DNA of 64,000 nt from contig DAHUZZ010000008.1 of assembly GCA_027314915.1 (NCBI GenBank), positions 19,746-83,745 of the forward strand, in the 5' to 3' direction. Positions 49,574 through 60,145 of the stretch are shown one piece after another. Both the position numbers and the translations under genes were made by a program. This stretch comes from Thermoplasmata archaeon (GTDB taxonomy: Archaea > Thermoplasmatota > Thermoplasmata > Lutacidiplasmatales > UBA184). Numbering within the stretch: the first letter of the stretch is position 1; every line of letters begins with the position of its first letter. The notes beneath the pieces are model-generated. The model did no database searches. It was not told where the DNA came from and worked only from the letters and a program-made list of their open reading frames with translations.

Positions 49574-51679
49574 CTAGGGCTCCGGGCCCCGGGACGGTGC
49601 GCGGCGCCGGGACAGGACGAGGAGAACGACCGCCAGCGCCGCCGCGATCGCGAGGCCGGCGAGCGCCGCCTCGAACTCCCAGACCGGCACGCCGGCGTTC
49701 GAGGTCGCGGGGTAGATGGTCGACGGACGGCCCTTCGTCACGGTGAAGCTCGCCTGCCCCGTCGCGGTCGCCCCGCGCGCATCGCGGACCGTGACGATCA
49801 CGGTGTAGCTGCCGGGGATCCCCGAGTCGCAGGAGAGGACCGCGGTGTCCTGGGTCCCGCAATCCGCCGGAAGGTTCGCGTACAGGAAGGCGTAGGGGGC
49901 GACCCCGCCGTGGACGGTGGCGACGATCGCGACCGACGTGTTCGCCGCCCCGGAGGAGGGAACGGCCGTCAATCCCACCGAGAGCGGCGCGATCGGCGCG
50001 GCTCCGACCTGGACCGTGGACGTGGCATGGACGGTCGTGCCCGCGGAATCGGTCACATTGACCTCGGGCAAGAAGGTCCCGGTCGCGGTGGGGGCGCAAA
50101 CGAGGAACGAGCTGTTCGACCCGACGCAGCCCGTAGGCAGCCCCGAGTAGGCGAACCGGTAGGGTGCGACGCCGCCTTCCGCCACCGAGATCAGGGTGAG
50201 GGTCTGGTTCACCGAGAGGTTCCCCGGGGCGGCGTAGAGGAGCACCGACAGCTTGGGCGGCGGCGGCGGTGGGGGCGGGGGAGGTGCCGCTTCGACCGTG
50301 AAGTTCACGACCGCGGCAGACGCGCTCCCGGACCCATCCGTCACGACGACCCGGGGCTGGTAGGAGCCGACCCGGTCCGGGGCGCAGGAGAGGACCGCAA
50401 CGTCCCCTCCGAGGCACCCGGCCGGCAACCCGGCGTAGGCGTAGTGGTAGGGGGGGAGGCCACCGCTCGCGGCGGTGACGAAGGTCACGGTGGAGTTGAC
50501 CTGGACCGTCCCCGGATCCGCCGCCAGGGTGGCCGCGAGGGGGAGGATGACCTGGGGGTCCACCAGGACCTCCGTGGAGTCGACGTAGGTCCGCTCGCGG
50601 ATCCAGTAGGTGGTCTCATTGTTGGTCAGCGTGCCGCTGGGGAACCCCGTGTAAACGAGCCCGACCGGCTCCGGCGACGGCGGCATGTAGACCGGGTTGG
50701 GTGCCGCCTCGGGCGAGTAGTTGTAGTCGTAGGCCGCGGAAGTCGTGTTCACCGCGATCGAGCTGAACACGCCGAAGGTCTGCTTCGACGTGACCGAACT
50801 GCCCCACCCATCGTTCATTTGGTACCCGGCCCAGCTCGCGGGTCCCGCATCGGTGCTCGAGCCGCTGTCCCATCCCACGCCCTGGGCGGCGCTGCAGCCG
50901 GTGCAGCCGTCGATCCCGATCCCCTCGTTCACGTAGGTCGAGAGGGAGGTGGTCTGGTAGAGGTCGCCGTAGAAGTCGACCACCGCCGGGAACCTGTAGC
51001 TCGCCCGGCTCGTGATATTGGACCCGCTCCCGGGCGCCGAGTCGTAATGGACGCCATCGTGGACGTCCAGCGCCCAGGCTCCGTTCACCGACCAGAGTTG
51101 GGAGTTGAGCTGGGTGCCGCTGAAGTTGTCGTAGAAGTTGAACACCCTCCAGCCGTTGTCGAACTCCGCGTAGCGCGGGCTCAGGGTGGGGCTTTCGCCC
51201 ATGTAGCCCGACTCCGAGAGCGCGAAGGAGCTCTTCGGCAGGCACCCGAGGACCACCTGGACGCTCGACTCCGCCGGGATCGAGTCCAGCCGGAGCCAGA
51301 GGACGGTGGAGTTGCTGGCGTTCGACGCTCCGGACTCGATCCAGCTGTAGATCGGGGCCCCGCCGTCCGCGTAGAAGGCGAGCACGTTCGAAACGTTCGA
51401 GTTGATGAGGTCCGCAAAGGCCGAGCTGTTGAGCACGACCATCTGTTGGTAGGTTCCGGTCGCCCCGGTCCCGTAGTTCGAGATGTTGAGAAGGATCCCT
51501 CCGGCGAAGCCGGCGGCCGCGAGGGTCCGGGGTCCCGGGGCCGAAGGGCCGGCTCCCGGGAGGCCCGCTCGAGGGGCGGCGGTCGGTGCGTGCCCCGCCA
51601 CGGGACCCGTCCCCCCGAGAAGGAGCAGGGCGATGACCAGAACTCCGAACCCGGCGAGACGGCGGCGGGTGAAGCGCAT
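49574..51679 (-). CDS. large cell-surface glycoprotein: Sec signal peptide, N-glycosylated N-terminal domain, three tandem ~95-aa Ig-like repeats (GGxxPYx[FY]AYxGLPxGC...VLSC...VTD), C-terminal TM anchor
   Basis: 701 aa. The N-terminus is MRFTRRRLAGFGVLVIALLLLGG. There are many N-x-S/T sequons. The three repeats were read directly from the translation. The C-terminal hydrophobic helix is followed by RRRAPSRG. Confidence 0.6.
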   Translation of the reverse strand: MRFTRRRLAGFGVLVIALLLLGGTGPVAGHAPTAAPRAGLPGAGPSAPGPRTLAAAGFAGGILLNISNYGTGATGTYQQMVVLNSSAFADLINSNVSNVLAFYADGGAPIYSWIESGASNASNSTVLWLRLDSIPAESSVQVVLGCLPKSSFALSESGYMGESPTLSPRYAEFDNGWRVFNFYDNFSGTQLNSQLWSVNGAWALDVHDGVHYDSAPGSGSNITSRASYRFPAVVDFYGDLYQTTSLSTYVNEGIGIDGCTGCSAAQGVGWDSGSSTDAGPASWAGYQMNDGWGSSVTSKQTFGVFSSIAVNTTSAAYDYNYSPEAAPNPVYMPPSPEPVGLVYTGFPSGTLTNNETTYWIRERTYVDSTEVLVDPQVILPLAATLAADPGTVQVNSTVTFVTAASGGLPPYHYAYAGLPAGCLGGDVAVLSCAPDRVGSYQPRVVVTDGSGSASAAVVNFTVEAAPPPPPPPPPPKLSVLLYAAPGNLSVNQTLTLISVAEGGVAPYRFAYSGLPTGCVGSNSSFLVCAPTATGTFLPEVNVTDSAGTTVHATSTVQVGAAPIAPLSVGLTAVPSSGAANTSVAIVATVHGGVAPYAFLYANLPADCGTQDTAVLSCDSGIPGSYTVIVTVRDARGATATGQASFTVTKGRPSTIYPATSNAGVPVWEFEAALAGLAIAAALAVVLLVLSRRRAPSRGPEP

Positions 51680-52059
51680 CTACCAGGGCGAACCGCGCGT
51701 CGGCATAAAGCCGCCCGGTCCGGCTCGGCCCGCGCGTCCCTGGCACCGGCGCGCCGGTCCGGAGCGCGGATCCGGTGCGGAGCCTCGGGTCCGGGGGGGC
51801 CTCGTCGGCGGAGCCCGACGAGGTCCACGACCGCGGGGGCAACGGCGAGCCCGGCACCGGCCCCCGCGCCCCGAACTCAAGCATCGGGACGCTGTTGGAG
51901 GGCGTGGTCGGGGTGGTGACCGCGACCGGTCCACGGGTCACGATATCGCTGGGCCGGGCGGTGGCGCTCGATGCGTGCCCGTCCCGCGCGGAAACGAGCG
52001 CCGAGTGGGGCCCGGGAGCGCCGAGGCGCAGGAGCGGGCCGGGGTGCTCTCGGTCGCGC

Positions 52060-52640
52060 GGATGCCCGGAGGTTCGCGGAGACGGAGGCGGTCGTGGAGG
52101 TTGACCACCCTCCAGCCGTTGTCGAACCCCGCGTAGCGCGGGCCCGGGGCGGGGCGTTCGCCCATGTCGCCCGACTCGGACGGCACGAAGGAGTCCCCTT
52201 GGGGAGGCCTCCGAGCAGGATCCGCACCGTGGACTTGGCGGAGAGGGAGGCGAGCCGGAGCCATCGGACGGTCGAGCTGCCGGCGTTCGACACTCCGGGC
52301 TCGATCCAGCGGTAGACGGTGGTCCGGGACCCGGGGTAGTCGGCGAGAACGTTCGTGAAGATCGAAGGGATGAGGTTCGAGGAGGCCGAGGTGTTGAGGG
52401 TCACCAGCTGGTGCGTAGCGGCCGTGGGCCGTGCTCCCCCGTTGGTGGGGTCGATCGGGATCCCGGCGATCGGGCCGACCGGGCGGCGAGGGGCGCGGGT
52501 AATGAACCCCGGGCGAACGGTGCCCCCGTGCCGGGCGGGGCCGGCCGGGCGGCCCCGTTGCGGGCCACCGAAGTGGACACGAGCACGAGGGCGAGGACCA
52601 GCACCCCGAACCCGATGAGATCACGCCGGCCGATGGGCAC
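52060..52640 (-). pseudogene. frameshifted, truncated paralog of the 5' ~550 bp of the surface-protein gene 49574..51679
   Basis: Nucleotide similarity is clear, for example caccctccagccgttgtcgaaCcccgcgtagcgcgggc against ...gaaCtccgcgtagcgcgggc, and ctggcggcgttcgac..ccgg.ctcgatccagc. The matching protein segments are split across three frames (ORFs 52401..52640, 51877..52404 and 51938..52624). Confidence 0.5.
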
Positions 52641-52720
52641 GGGGGTCGTACGGGCGGCTCGACCTCAGGTCGATGGACCCGGAGGCCACGGTCCCGGGCG
52701 CCGCCGGCCGCGCGGGTCGC

Positions 52721-53482
52721 TCAGGCTCGCCGGTTACCGGCCCGCTCCGCGGTGCCGATGAAGGGCATGCCCTGGACCCGGCGCGCGACCTCGGCGGTCG
52801 GAAGCCGGCGCAGCTCCTCGCCGCTCTCCAGGATGGCGATGTCGAGCGCCTCCGCCGGGAACGGCGTCGGCGAACCCTCCGCGACCGCCTGGACGGCGAG
52901 CCGGAACGCGGCGTCCTCGTCGCGCTTCTCCGGCAGCTTCTCCTCCATGAAGTCGGCGACCTGCCGGCGGTTGCGCCCGATGGCGTAGGCCTTCCAGCCG
53001 ATGGTGGCCCCGCTGGGGTCGAGCTCGATGAGCTCGGGCTTGGTGCCGGTGAAGCCCCCGAGCAGCAGCGAGACCGCGAACGGCCGGGTGCCGCCGAACT
53101 GGGTGAACTGCTGGAGGTGCGTTCCGAGCGCGCCCGCCAGGAGCGCAAGGGGGATCGTCTCGCCGAAGGTGATGCGGTACCGCTGCGCCTCGAGCCGGAG
53201 GAAGTCCACGAGGACCCGGGAATCCGCGATGAGGCCGGCGGTGACGCACCCGAGGCCGGCGTCGAGGGCGAAGCTCTTCTCGATCGACCCCGATTCGGCG
53301 AGCTGGCTCACGGGCAGGTTGCGGTAGGCGACGAAGACGACCCCGTTCTCGTAGGTGACGGCGACCGCCGTCCCGCCCATCTGGATCGCCTGGAGGGCGT
53401 ACTCCACCTGGAAGAGGCGCCCGTCGGGCGAGAAGACGGTGCTCGCGCGGTCGTACGCCATCTGGCCCGGTTGCATCTCCAT
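52721..53482 (-). CDS. psmA: proteasome subunit alpha
   Basis: MAYDRASTVFSPDGRLFQVEYALQAI is the alpha-subunit N-terminal signature. Start ATG is at 53482, with an alternative at 53461. Confidence 0.9.
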   Translation of the reverse strand: MEMQPGQMAYDRASTVFSPDGRLFQVEYALQAIQMGGTAVAVTYENGVVFVAYRNLPVSQLAESGSIEKSFALDAGLGCVTAGLIADSRVLVDFLRLEAQRYRITFGETIPLALLAGALGTHLQQFTQFGGTRPFAVSLLLGGFTGTKPELIELDPSGATIGWKAYAIGRNRRQVADFMEEKLPEKRDEDAAFRLAVQAVAEGSPTPFPAEALDIAILESGEELRRLPTAEVARRVQGMPFIGTAERAGNRRA

Positions 53483-53643
53483 CGCGGGGGAACCTTCCGA
53501 CGGTGCCGAACTCGGTCGGGCATTTGAGCCCTCGCCCTCGGCGTGGCGCTCGCGCCACCTCGTTTCCCGGGGCACCCGCCCGGGCGTCCCGCCCGGGAGC
53601 CGGGGAGAACCCTTTTGGAGGGGGCGGACTGCCCACGGGGCCG

Positions 53644-54762
53644 ATGAGCGCGGGCGGGCTGGTCCAGATCCTCCCCTTCGACTCCGCCTCCCGGGGCGAC
53701 CTCTCGCCGGCGTGCGTCCAGTGCGCGGAGGGGCGCAAGATGGTGCTCTTCGTGACGGGCCGGTGCCGCTTCCGCTGCTTCTACTGCCCGGTCTCGGAGC
53801 GACGGAACCAGAAGGACGTGACCTACGCGAACGAGCGGCTCATCCTCGACGATTCCGAGATCCTCGAGGAGGCCCGGGCGATGGATGCGAGCGGCACCGG
53901 GATCACGGGCGGGGATCCCCTCGGCGTGGTCGACCGGGTCGAGCGGTACGTCCGGCTCCTCAAGCGGGAGTTCGGACCGTCCCACCACATCCACCTGTAC
54001 ACCCACGAGCCGCACCCGGAGAAGCTCCGGCGGCTCGCCGCCGCCGGCCTCGATGAGTTCCGGCTCCACATCCCGCACTACCTCTGGGGGTCCCTCGCGG
54101 CGAGCGGCGGTGCCTACCGGAGCGTGCTCGAGGAGGCTCCCGCCTGGGGGCTCCGGCGGGGGGTCGAGATCCCGGTCCTCCCGGAGAAGGAGCGGGAGCT
54201 GCGGGCCCTGCTGCGCGCCCTCGACCGGATCGGGGTCGATTTCGTCAACCTGAACGAGCTCGAATTCTCCGAGACCAACGAGGAGAAGCTCCACGCGCGC
54301 GGCTACGCGGTGGACCCGCGGGCGGGATGGGGGGTGCAGGGCAGCCGGGCGGTGGCCGAGCGGCTCGTCCGGGAGATGCGGCTCACGGTACCCGTCCACT
54401 ACTGCTCGTCGCGCTTCAAGGACGGCGTGCAGCTCAAGCGGCGCCTCCTGCGCCGGGCGGAACGCAGCGCCCCGCGCTTCGCCGACCGCACCCCGGACGG
54501 GACGGTCCTCTTCGGGATCGTGGAGCTTCCCGCGGGCCGGGACCTGGAGGCGCTCGCCCGTCAGGTGGCCCGGCTCGGCCGCCTGCGACCGGGGGAGTTC
54601 CGGGTGGACCGGATCCGGCGCCGGGTCGAGCTCGACGGCGACCGGCTCCGCCGCTTCGCGGGCCGGCTCTCCGCGCCGGCGTTCGCGATCGAGGAGTATC
54701 CGACCGCCGACGCCCTCGAGGTCGAGCGCGAGCCGCTCAACGCCTCGGCGTTCCCGAAGTGA
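53644..54762 (+). CDS. radical SAM protein, PflA/PflX-like (COG2108-like), function unknown
   Basis: CRFRCFYCP is a CX3CX2C motif immediately after an N-terminal Cys pair (CVQC). An internal ATG was chosen. Confidence 0.55.
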   Translation: MSAGGLVQILPFDSASRGDLSPACVQCAEGRKMVLFVTGRCRFRCFYCPVSERRNQKDVTYANERLILDDSEILEEARAMDASGTGITGGDPLGVVDRVERYVRLLKREFGPSHHIHLYTHEPHPEKLRRLAAAGLDEFRLHIPHYLWGSLAASGGAYRSVLEEAPAWGLRRGVEIPVLPEKERELRALLRALDRIGVDFVNLNELEFSETNEEKLHARGYAVDPRAGWGVQGSRAVAERLVREMRLTVPVHYCSSRFKDGVQLKRRLLRRAERSAPRFADRTPDGTVLFGIVELPAGRDLEALARQVARLGRLRPGEFRVDRIRRRVELDGDRLRRFAGRLSAPAFAIEEYPTADALEVEREPLNASAFPK

Positions 54763-54955
54763 TTCCGGGGCGGGGGGACGTACCCCTCGTCGCAGAGGTG
54801 GTCGCCGTGGGTCAGGAACCGCTGGTCCCCCCGCTGGTGCTTGATCGAGCAGGGACCCCAGCCGCCGTCCTCGGCGCCGTACCACATCGGGCACTCCCGG
54901 CAGCGGAGGTCGACCGGGGCCGGGCGCCGCGCCCGGGCGGGGGCGGCCGGGGCGC

Positions 54956-55849
54956 TCAGCCGCTTCCCCTCCCGAGCTGACGGACCCATCCGTCGATCGT
55001 GTTCGCCATGAGCTGGGCGACCGTCACCGGTCCCACCCCCCCGGGAACGGGGGTGAGGGCCCCGGCCCACCCTTCGAGCGCCGCCGGGTCGGCGTCCCCC
55101 GCGATCCGGCTCCCCCCCGGCCGCTGGGGGTCCGGGACCGAGCTGACCCCCACATCGATGACCGCCGCTCCCTTCGGGACGTTCTCGCGCCCCAACAGCC
55201 CCGGCCGACCGACACAGCTGAAGATGACCTCGCTGCCCGCGAGCGCCGCCCGGAGGTCGGCGGTGCGGGAGTGGGCCACCGTCACGGTGGCATCCCCCCC
55301 GGCGCCCCGGGCGAGCAGGAGGAGCGCGAGCGGCAGTCCCACGGTCGCCGACCGGCCCAGCACGGCCACCGGCCGTCCCTCGAGGCGGAGGCCGTAGTGC
55401 CGGGCGAGGGCGATCGCGGCGCGGGCGACCGCCGGAGCGTGCCCCGGGCGGCCGCTCAGGAGCGCCCCCAGGTTCCGGACCCCCACGCCGTCGACGTCCT
55501 TCTCGGGCGACAGCCGATCGAGGGCCCCGTGGAAGTCGAGGCCCGCCGGCAGCGGGTGCTCGACGATGATGCCGTGGACCGAGGGGTCGGACTCCAGCCC
55601 CTCGAGGATCCTCGCGAGCACGGCCGCGTCGGCGGGCGGGCGAAGGGGAACGGCCCGGAAGGCGATGCCGAGCTCCTCGGCGGCGCGACGCTGGCGGTCG
55701 AGGTAGAACGCGTAGGGGGTCCCGGCGTCCAGGTGGACGCTCGCGAGCGTCGGAGCGGGCCATCCGCGGCGTCGGCCCGCCTCGAGCGACCGCACCACTT
55801 CGGCACGGAGCGCCTCGGCCACCGGGCGTCCCCGAAGTGGTTCGGTCAT
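54956..55849 (-). CDS. folD: bifunctional methylenetetrahydrofolate dehydrogenase / methenyl-THF cyclohydrolase
   Basis: The FolD fold pattern is present, with the NAD(P) Rossmann VAVLGRSATVGLP and the C-terminal PVPGGVGPVTVAQL. Confidence 0.85.
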   Translation of the reverse strand: MTEPLRGRPVAEALRAEVVRSLEAGRRRGWPAPTLASVHLDAGTPYAFYLDRQRRAAEELGIAFRAVPLRPPADAAVLARILEGLESDPSVHGIIVEHPLPAGLDFHGALDRLSPEKDVDGVGVRNLGALLSGRPGHAPAVARAAIALARHYGLRLEGRPVAVLGRSATVGLPLALLLLARGAGGDATVTVAHSRTADLRAALAGSEVIFSCVGRPGLLGRENVPKGAAVIDVGVSSVPDPQRPGGSRIAGDADPAALEGWAGALTPVPGGVGPVTVAQLMANTIDGWVRQLGRGSG

Positions 55850-56039
55850 GTCCGCTTGGGTGGGGAGCCGGCGAGGAGCATAAAAGCGGGGAGGCGCTGC
55901 CCACTCCCCGTAGGACCGTACGATGCAGGAGGTTTCCGCCCCGGGGGCACGCCCGGGCGGCGAAACGTCGGAGGGGCGTCAACTCCGTCGGATAAAGGAT
56001 TTAAGGCGAGGTCCCCTGCTTTGAGCGTACGAGTGCGTC

Positions 56040-58082
56040 GTGTCGTCGAGCGGGGGTCCGTCCGTGGAAGGCGGTAGCGTAGCCAGCGACGCCGTGGAGG
56101 CGGTGGAGCCTCCGGCGGCGCAGGAACTCGACGAGTGGGGCCGCCAGCTCCCCTTCGCCACCACGGCGAACGTCGAGGTGCCCCCGCGGCTGCTCGACCA
56201 GGTGATCGGGCAGGACGAGGCCGTCGAGGTCGCGAAGAAGGCCGCCACCCAGAAGCGGCACATGATGCTCATCGGGGAGCCCGGCACCGGGAAGAGCATG
56301 CTCGCCCGGGCGATGGTCGACTTCCTGCCGCACGAGCAGCTCCAGGATATCCTGGCCTACTCGAACTCGGAGGACCCGAACGAGCCCAAGATCCGGGTCG
56401 TGCCCGCGGGGAAGGGCAAGGAGATCGTGGCCGCCCAGAAGCTCGAGGCGGCGCAGCGGAAGGAGCAGCGGACGATCCTCCTCGTGATCGTCGGCATCCT
56501 CCTCGCCATCCTGGTCGGCTACATCGTCATCGTCGAGCGGGACCTCCTCGCGCTCCTGATCGGCGGCCTCTTCTTCATCATCCTCTACGCCGTGGTCCGC
56601 TTCGGCTCGGGCCGCAGCGAGAACGGCCCCAACGTCGCGAAGCTCCTGGTCTCGCATACCAACGAGGAGAAGCCGCCGTTCATCGATGCGACGGGCGCCC
56701 ACGCGGGCGCGCTCCTCGGGGATGTGAAGCACGACCCGTTCCAGTCCGGGGGGCTCGAGACGCCGCCCCACGAGCGCGTCGAGGTGGGCTCGATCCACAA
56801 GGCGAACGGCGGGGTGCTCTTCATCGACGAGATCAACCTGCTCAAGATCGAGAGCCAGCACTCGCTGCTCACCGCGCTCCAGGAGCGGAAGTACTCCATC
56901 GTCGGGCAGTCCGAGCGCTCGGCCGGCGCCATGGTGAAGACCGAGCCGGTGCCGTGCGACTTCGTCCTCGTGGCGGCGGGGAACATCGACAGCGTCCAGT
57001 CGATGCACCCGGCGCTCCGCTCCCGGATCCGGGGCTACGGATACGAGCTCTACGTGAAGTCGACGATGCCCGACACGCCGGAGAACCGGATGAAGCTCGT
57101 CCGGTTCGTGGCCCAGGAGGTCCAGAAGGACAAGAAGATCGGCCACTTCGACATGGGCGCGGTCGTCGAGATCGTCCGCGAGGCGCAACGCCGCGCGGGA
57201 CGCTCCGGCCAGCTCACGCTCCGGCTCCGGGAGCTCGGGGGGCTCGTGCGGGTCGCGGGCGACATCGCGAACTCGGAGAAGATCTCCGTCGTCTCCGCCG
57301 CCCACGTCGTCCGGGCGAAGAGGGCGAGCCGCTCCCTGGAGCAGCAGATCGCCGACCGGTACATCGAGCGGCGCAAGGAGTACCGGATGTTCTCGACCGA
57401 GGGGGCCGCCATCGGGATGGTGAACGGGCTCGCCGCCATCAACGCCCAGAGCGGCATGTCGGAGTTCTCCGGCATCGTGCTCCCCATCGTGGCCGAGGTG
57501 ACCCCCGCCCAGACCAAGAACGGCGGGGTCGTCGTGGCGACGGGCAAGCTCGGGGAGATCGCCCGCGAGGCGGTCCAGAACGTGAGCGCCCTCGTCAAGA
57601 AGTACACCGGGGAGGACATCTCGCGGTACGACATCCACATCCAGTTCGTCGGGACCTCCGACGGGGTCGAGGGCGACTCCGCCTCCGTCTCGATCGCCAC
57701 CGCCGTCATCAGCGCCCTCGAGGGCGTGCCGGTCGACCAATCGCTCGCCATGACGGGCAGCCTCTCGGTCCGGGGCCAGGTGCTGCCGGTGGGCGGCGTG
57801 ACCGCGAAGGTCGAGGCGGCCTCCGACTCGGGGCTCAAGCGCGTGCTCATCCCCGAGGACAACATCGAGGACCTGGTCCTCGAGTCCCGCTATCTCGGCA
57901 AGATCGATGTGATCCCCGTCCGGACCCTCCGCGACGTGCTCAAGTACGCGCTCGTCGAGCAGGGCCCGCAGAAGGAGTCGCTGCTCGAGCGCCTCGCCGC
58001 CATGGTGTACGCGACGAACCGGACGGAGGTCGCGGGGTTGCCCGCGAAGCCGCGGCCGCCCGCGCGCCCAGCAGGCTCGTGA
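56040..58082 (+). CDS. lon: archaeal membrane-bound ATP-dependent Lon protease (LonB)
   Basis: The AAA+ Walker A is GEPGTGKS. Two TM helices are inserted in the ATPase domain. The C-terminal Lon protease domain has the Ser-Lys dyad region (SASVS...K). Confidence 0.9.
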   Translation: MSSSGGPSVEGGSVASDAVEAVEPPAAQELDEWGRQLPFATTANVEVPPRLLDQVIGQDEAVEVAKKAATQKRHMMLIGEPGTGKSMLARAMVDFLPHEQLQDILAYSNSEDPNEPKIRVVPAGKGKEIVAAQKLEAAQRKEQRTILLVIVGILLAILVGYIVIVERDLLALLIGGLFFIILYAVVRFGSGRSENGPNVAKLLVSHTNEEKPPFIDATGAHAGALLGDVKHDPFQSGGLETPPHERVEVGSIHKANGGVLFIDEINLLKIESQHSLLTALQERKYSIVGQSERSAGAMVKTEPVPCDFVLVAAGNIDSVQSMHPALRSRIRGYGYELYVKSTMPDTPENRMKLVRFVAQEVQKDKKIGHFDMGAVVEIVREAQRRAGRSGQLTLRLRELGGLVRVAGDIANSEKISVVSAAHVVRAKRASRSLEQQIADRYIERRKEYRMFSTEGAAIGMVNGLAAINAQSGMSEFSGIVLPIVAEVTPAQTKNGGVVVATGKLGEIAREAVQNVSALVKKYTGEDISRYDIHIQFVGTSDGVEGDSASVSIATAVISALEGVPVDQSLAMTGSLSVRGQVLPVGGVTAKVEAASDSGLKRVLIPEDNIEDLVLESRYLGKIDVIPVRTLRDVLKYALVEQGPQKESLLERLAAMVYATNRTEVAGLPAKPRPPARPAGS

Positions 58083-58345
58083 GGCCCTCGACCCGGATCT
58101 CGGTCCACCGCCCCTTCCCGGGGGCGCTCTCGGGCCCTGCCGGTTACGGTCCCGAGGCCGAGGACGAGGAGGCGCGCTTCAAGGACCGCCCGTGCTATGT
58201 CTTCAACCGCGCCCTTCCCGGGCCCTACGACGACAAGCACTGCAGCCACTGCCGGCACTACCTCACCCCGCGCTGCCCGCACATCGACGAGTTCCTGGAC
58301 GACGTGGACGACCTCGGGAGCGAGTAGGGCACCGGGGATCGGGAC

Positions 58346-58891
58346 GTGCGGGGACTCCTGGTCGGGCGGTTCCAGCCGTTCCACCTCGGCCATCTCGCGA
58401 TCGTTTCCGAGATCCGGGCGGCCCATCCGACGGAGCCGCTCCTCCTGGGGATCGGCAGTGCGCAGATCTCCTACACGCCGGAGAACCCGTTCACGGCCTC
58501 CGAGCGGATGGAGATGATCCTCCTCGCCCTCGAGGAGGCCGGCCTCGGTGGGACGATCCCCGTGCCGCTCCTGGACATCGATCGCCACGCGCTCTGGGTT
58601 CCCTACGTCGCCTCCCTGCTGCCCCGGTTCGAGCGCGTGTACACGTCGAACCCGCTCACGCGCACGCTCTTCGAAGCCTCGGGCTACGAGGTGGTCGACG
58701 TGCCCTGGACGAACCGGGCGGAGTGGGAGGGGACCCGGATCCGGAGGTCGCTTGCGACGGGTACGGATTGGAGGGGCGCGGTCCCCCCCGCGGTCGGGCG
58801 CTACCTCGAGTCCCTCGGGGCCCCGGCCCGACTCCGTCTCCTCGGGGAGGCTCCCCGACCTCCGGGGGGCGGCTCCGGTCCGCTGCCATGA
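58346..58891 (+). CDS. nadM: nicotinamide-nucleotide adenylyltransferase, archaeal type
   Basis: GTG start. The (H/T)xGH-like motif is GRFQPFHLGHL, with the NadM fold pattern. Confidence 0.85.
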   Translation: MRGLLVGRFQPFHLGHLAIVSEIRAAHPTEPLLLGIGSAQISYTPENPFTASERMEMILLALEEAGLGGTIPVPLLDIDRHALWVPYVASLLPRFERVYTSNPLTRTLFEASGYEVVDVPWTNRAEWEGTRIRRSLATGTDWRGAVPPAVGRYLESLGAPARLRLLGEAPRPPGGGSGPLP

Positions 58892-60102
58892 GCGGCCCCG
58901 ACGAAAGGATCGCACCTGGGCGCCGGAAGCTCCCCGAGCTGCCCGAGTGGGCCGGACCGGCCACCCGGCTCGTGCACGCCGGTCGCCGACCGGACTTCAA
59001 CGCCGGGTCCGTCGTGCCCCCCATCTACGCGACGAGCACCTTCCGCTACCCCGCCGAGAACTCGGAGTCCGCCTCCGGGGGGAATCTCTACGAGTACACG
59101 CGGTACGAGAACCCGACGCAGGAGGTGGCCGCGGAGACGATCCGCGAGCTCGAGGGCGGCGAGGCGGCCCGGGTCTTCGGGAGCGGCATGGGGGCCATCT
59201 CCACGACGCTCCTCAGCCTGCTGCGGCCCGGCGACGAGATCGTGGCGCTCGAGTCGCTCTACGGCGGGACCGTGAACCTCCTCACGCATCTCCTGCCCGA
59301 GCTCGGGGTGAAGGTCCGCTGGGTCCCCACCGACGGCTCGCCCGAGGCGGCCATGACCCCGGGCACGAAGGTGGTCTACCTCGAGAGCCCCACCAACCCG
59401 ACGCTCCGGGTCTCCGATCTCACCCGATGGTCCCGCGCCGCCCGGGCGCACGGGGCCGTCTCGGTCGTCGACAACACCTTCGCCACCCCGGTCAACCAGC
59501 GCCCGATCGCCCACGGGATCGACGTGGTGGTCCACAGTGCGAGCAAGTACTTCGGGGGCCACTCGGACCTGATCGCGGGCGCGGTCGTGGGCCCGAAGGA
59601 GATCGTGGAGCGCATCCGGGCGACCCACGTGGTGCTCGGGAGCTCCCTCGATCCCATCGCCTCGTTCCTCCTCGCCCGGGGGCTCCGGACGCTCGGGGTC
59701 CGCGTGGCGCGCCAGAGCGCGAGCGCGGCGGCCATCGCCCGGAAGCTCCCGGGGGTCCCGGGCATCGCCTCGGCGCACTATCCGGGCAGCGCGTCGGAGG
59801 ACGAGGAGCAGATCGCGCGGCGCCAGATGTCCGGCCGGGGCGGGGTCGTCGCCTTCGTCGTGGCCGCCGGGGACGACGCGGCCCGCGCGTTCCTCGGACG
59901 GCTCCGGGTGATCCAGCCGGCGGCGAGCCTGGGGGGCGTCGAGAGCCTCGCGAGCCTGCCGGTCGACACCTCCCACGCGCACCTCACGCCGTCCGCGCGA
60001 GCGCAGCGCGGCATCGGGCCGGGCATGGTGCGGCTCTCGGTGGGGCTCGAAGACCCCGAGGACCTGCTGCGGGACATCTCCGAGGCCCTGGGAACCCCCT
60101 GA
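58888..60102 (+). CDS. PLP-dependent Cys/Met-metabolism enzyme (cystathionine gamma-synthase / methionine gamma-lyase / O-acetylhomoserine sulfhydrylase family)
   Basis: The PLP-lysine motif is SASKYFGGHSD. The family N-terminus is PIYATSTF. Its ATG overlaps the nadM stop (ATGA). Confidence 0.85.
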   Translation: MSGPDERIAPGRRKLPELPEWAGPATRLVHAGRRPDFNAGSVVPPIYATSTFRYPAENSESASGGNLYEYTRYENPTQEVAAETIRELEGGEAARVFGSGMGAISTTLLSLLRPGDEIVALESLYGGTVNLLTHLLPELGVKVRWVPTDGSPEAAMTPGTKVVYLESPTNPTLRVSDLTRWSRAARAHGAVSVVDNTFATPVNQRPIAHGIDVVVHSASKYFGGHSDLIAGAVVGPKEIVERIRATHVVLGSSLDPIASFLLARGLRTLGVRVARQSASAAAIARKLPGVPGIASAHYPGSASEDEEQIARRQMSGRGGVVAFVVAAGDDAARAFLGRLRVIQPAASLGGVESLASLPVDTSHAHLTPSARAQRGIGPGMVRLSVGLEDPEDLLRDISEALGTP

Positions 60103-60145
60103 CCTGACGCCACCATTATAGGCCGAAGCTCGTCCCCCGGCACGC

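Noticed and set aside
54763-54955. Possible small Cys-containing ORF (MWYGAEDGGWGPCSIKHQ...) between the radical SAM gene and folD on the minus strand
   Set aside because: In-frame continuation would overlap ~200 bp of the radical SAM gene's 3' end antisense. There is no clean stop within the gap. Judged a frame artefact.
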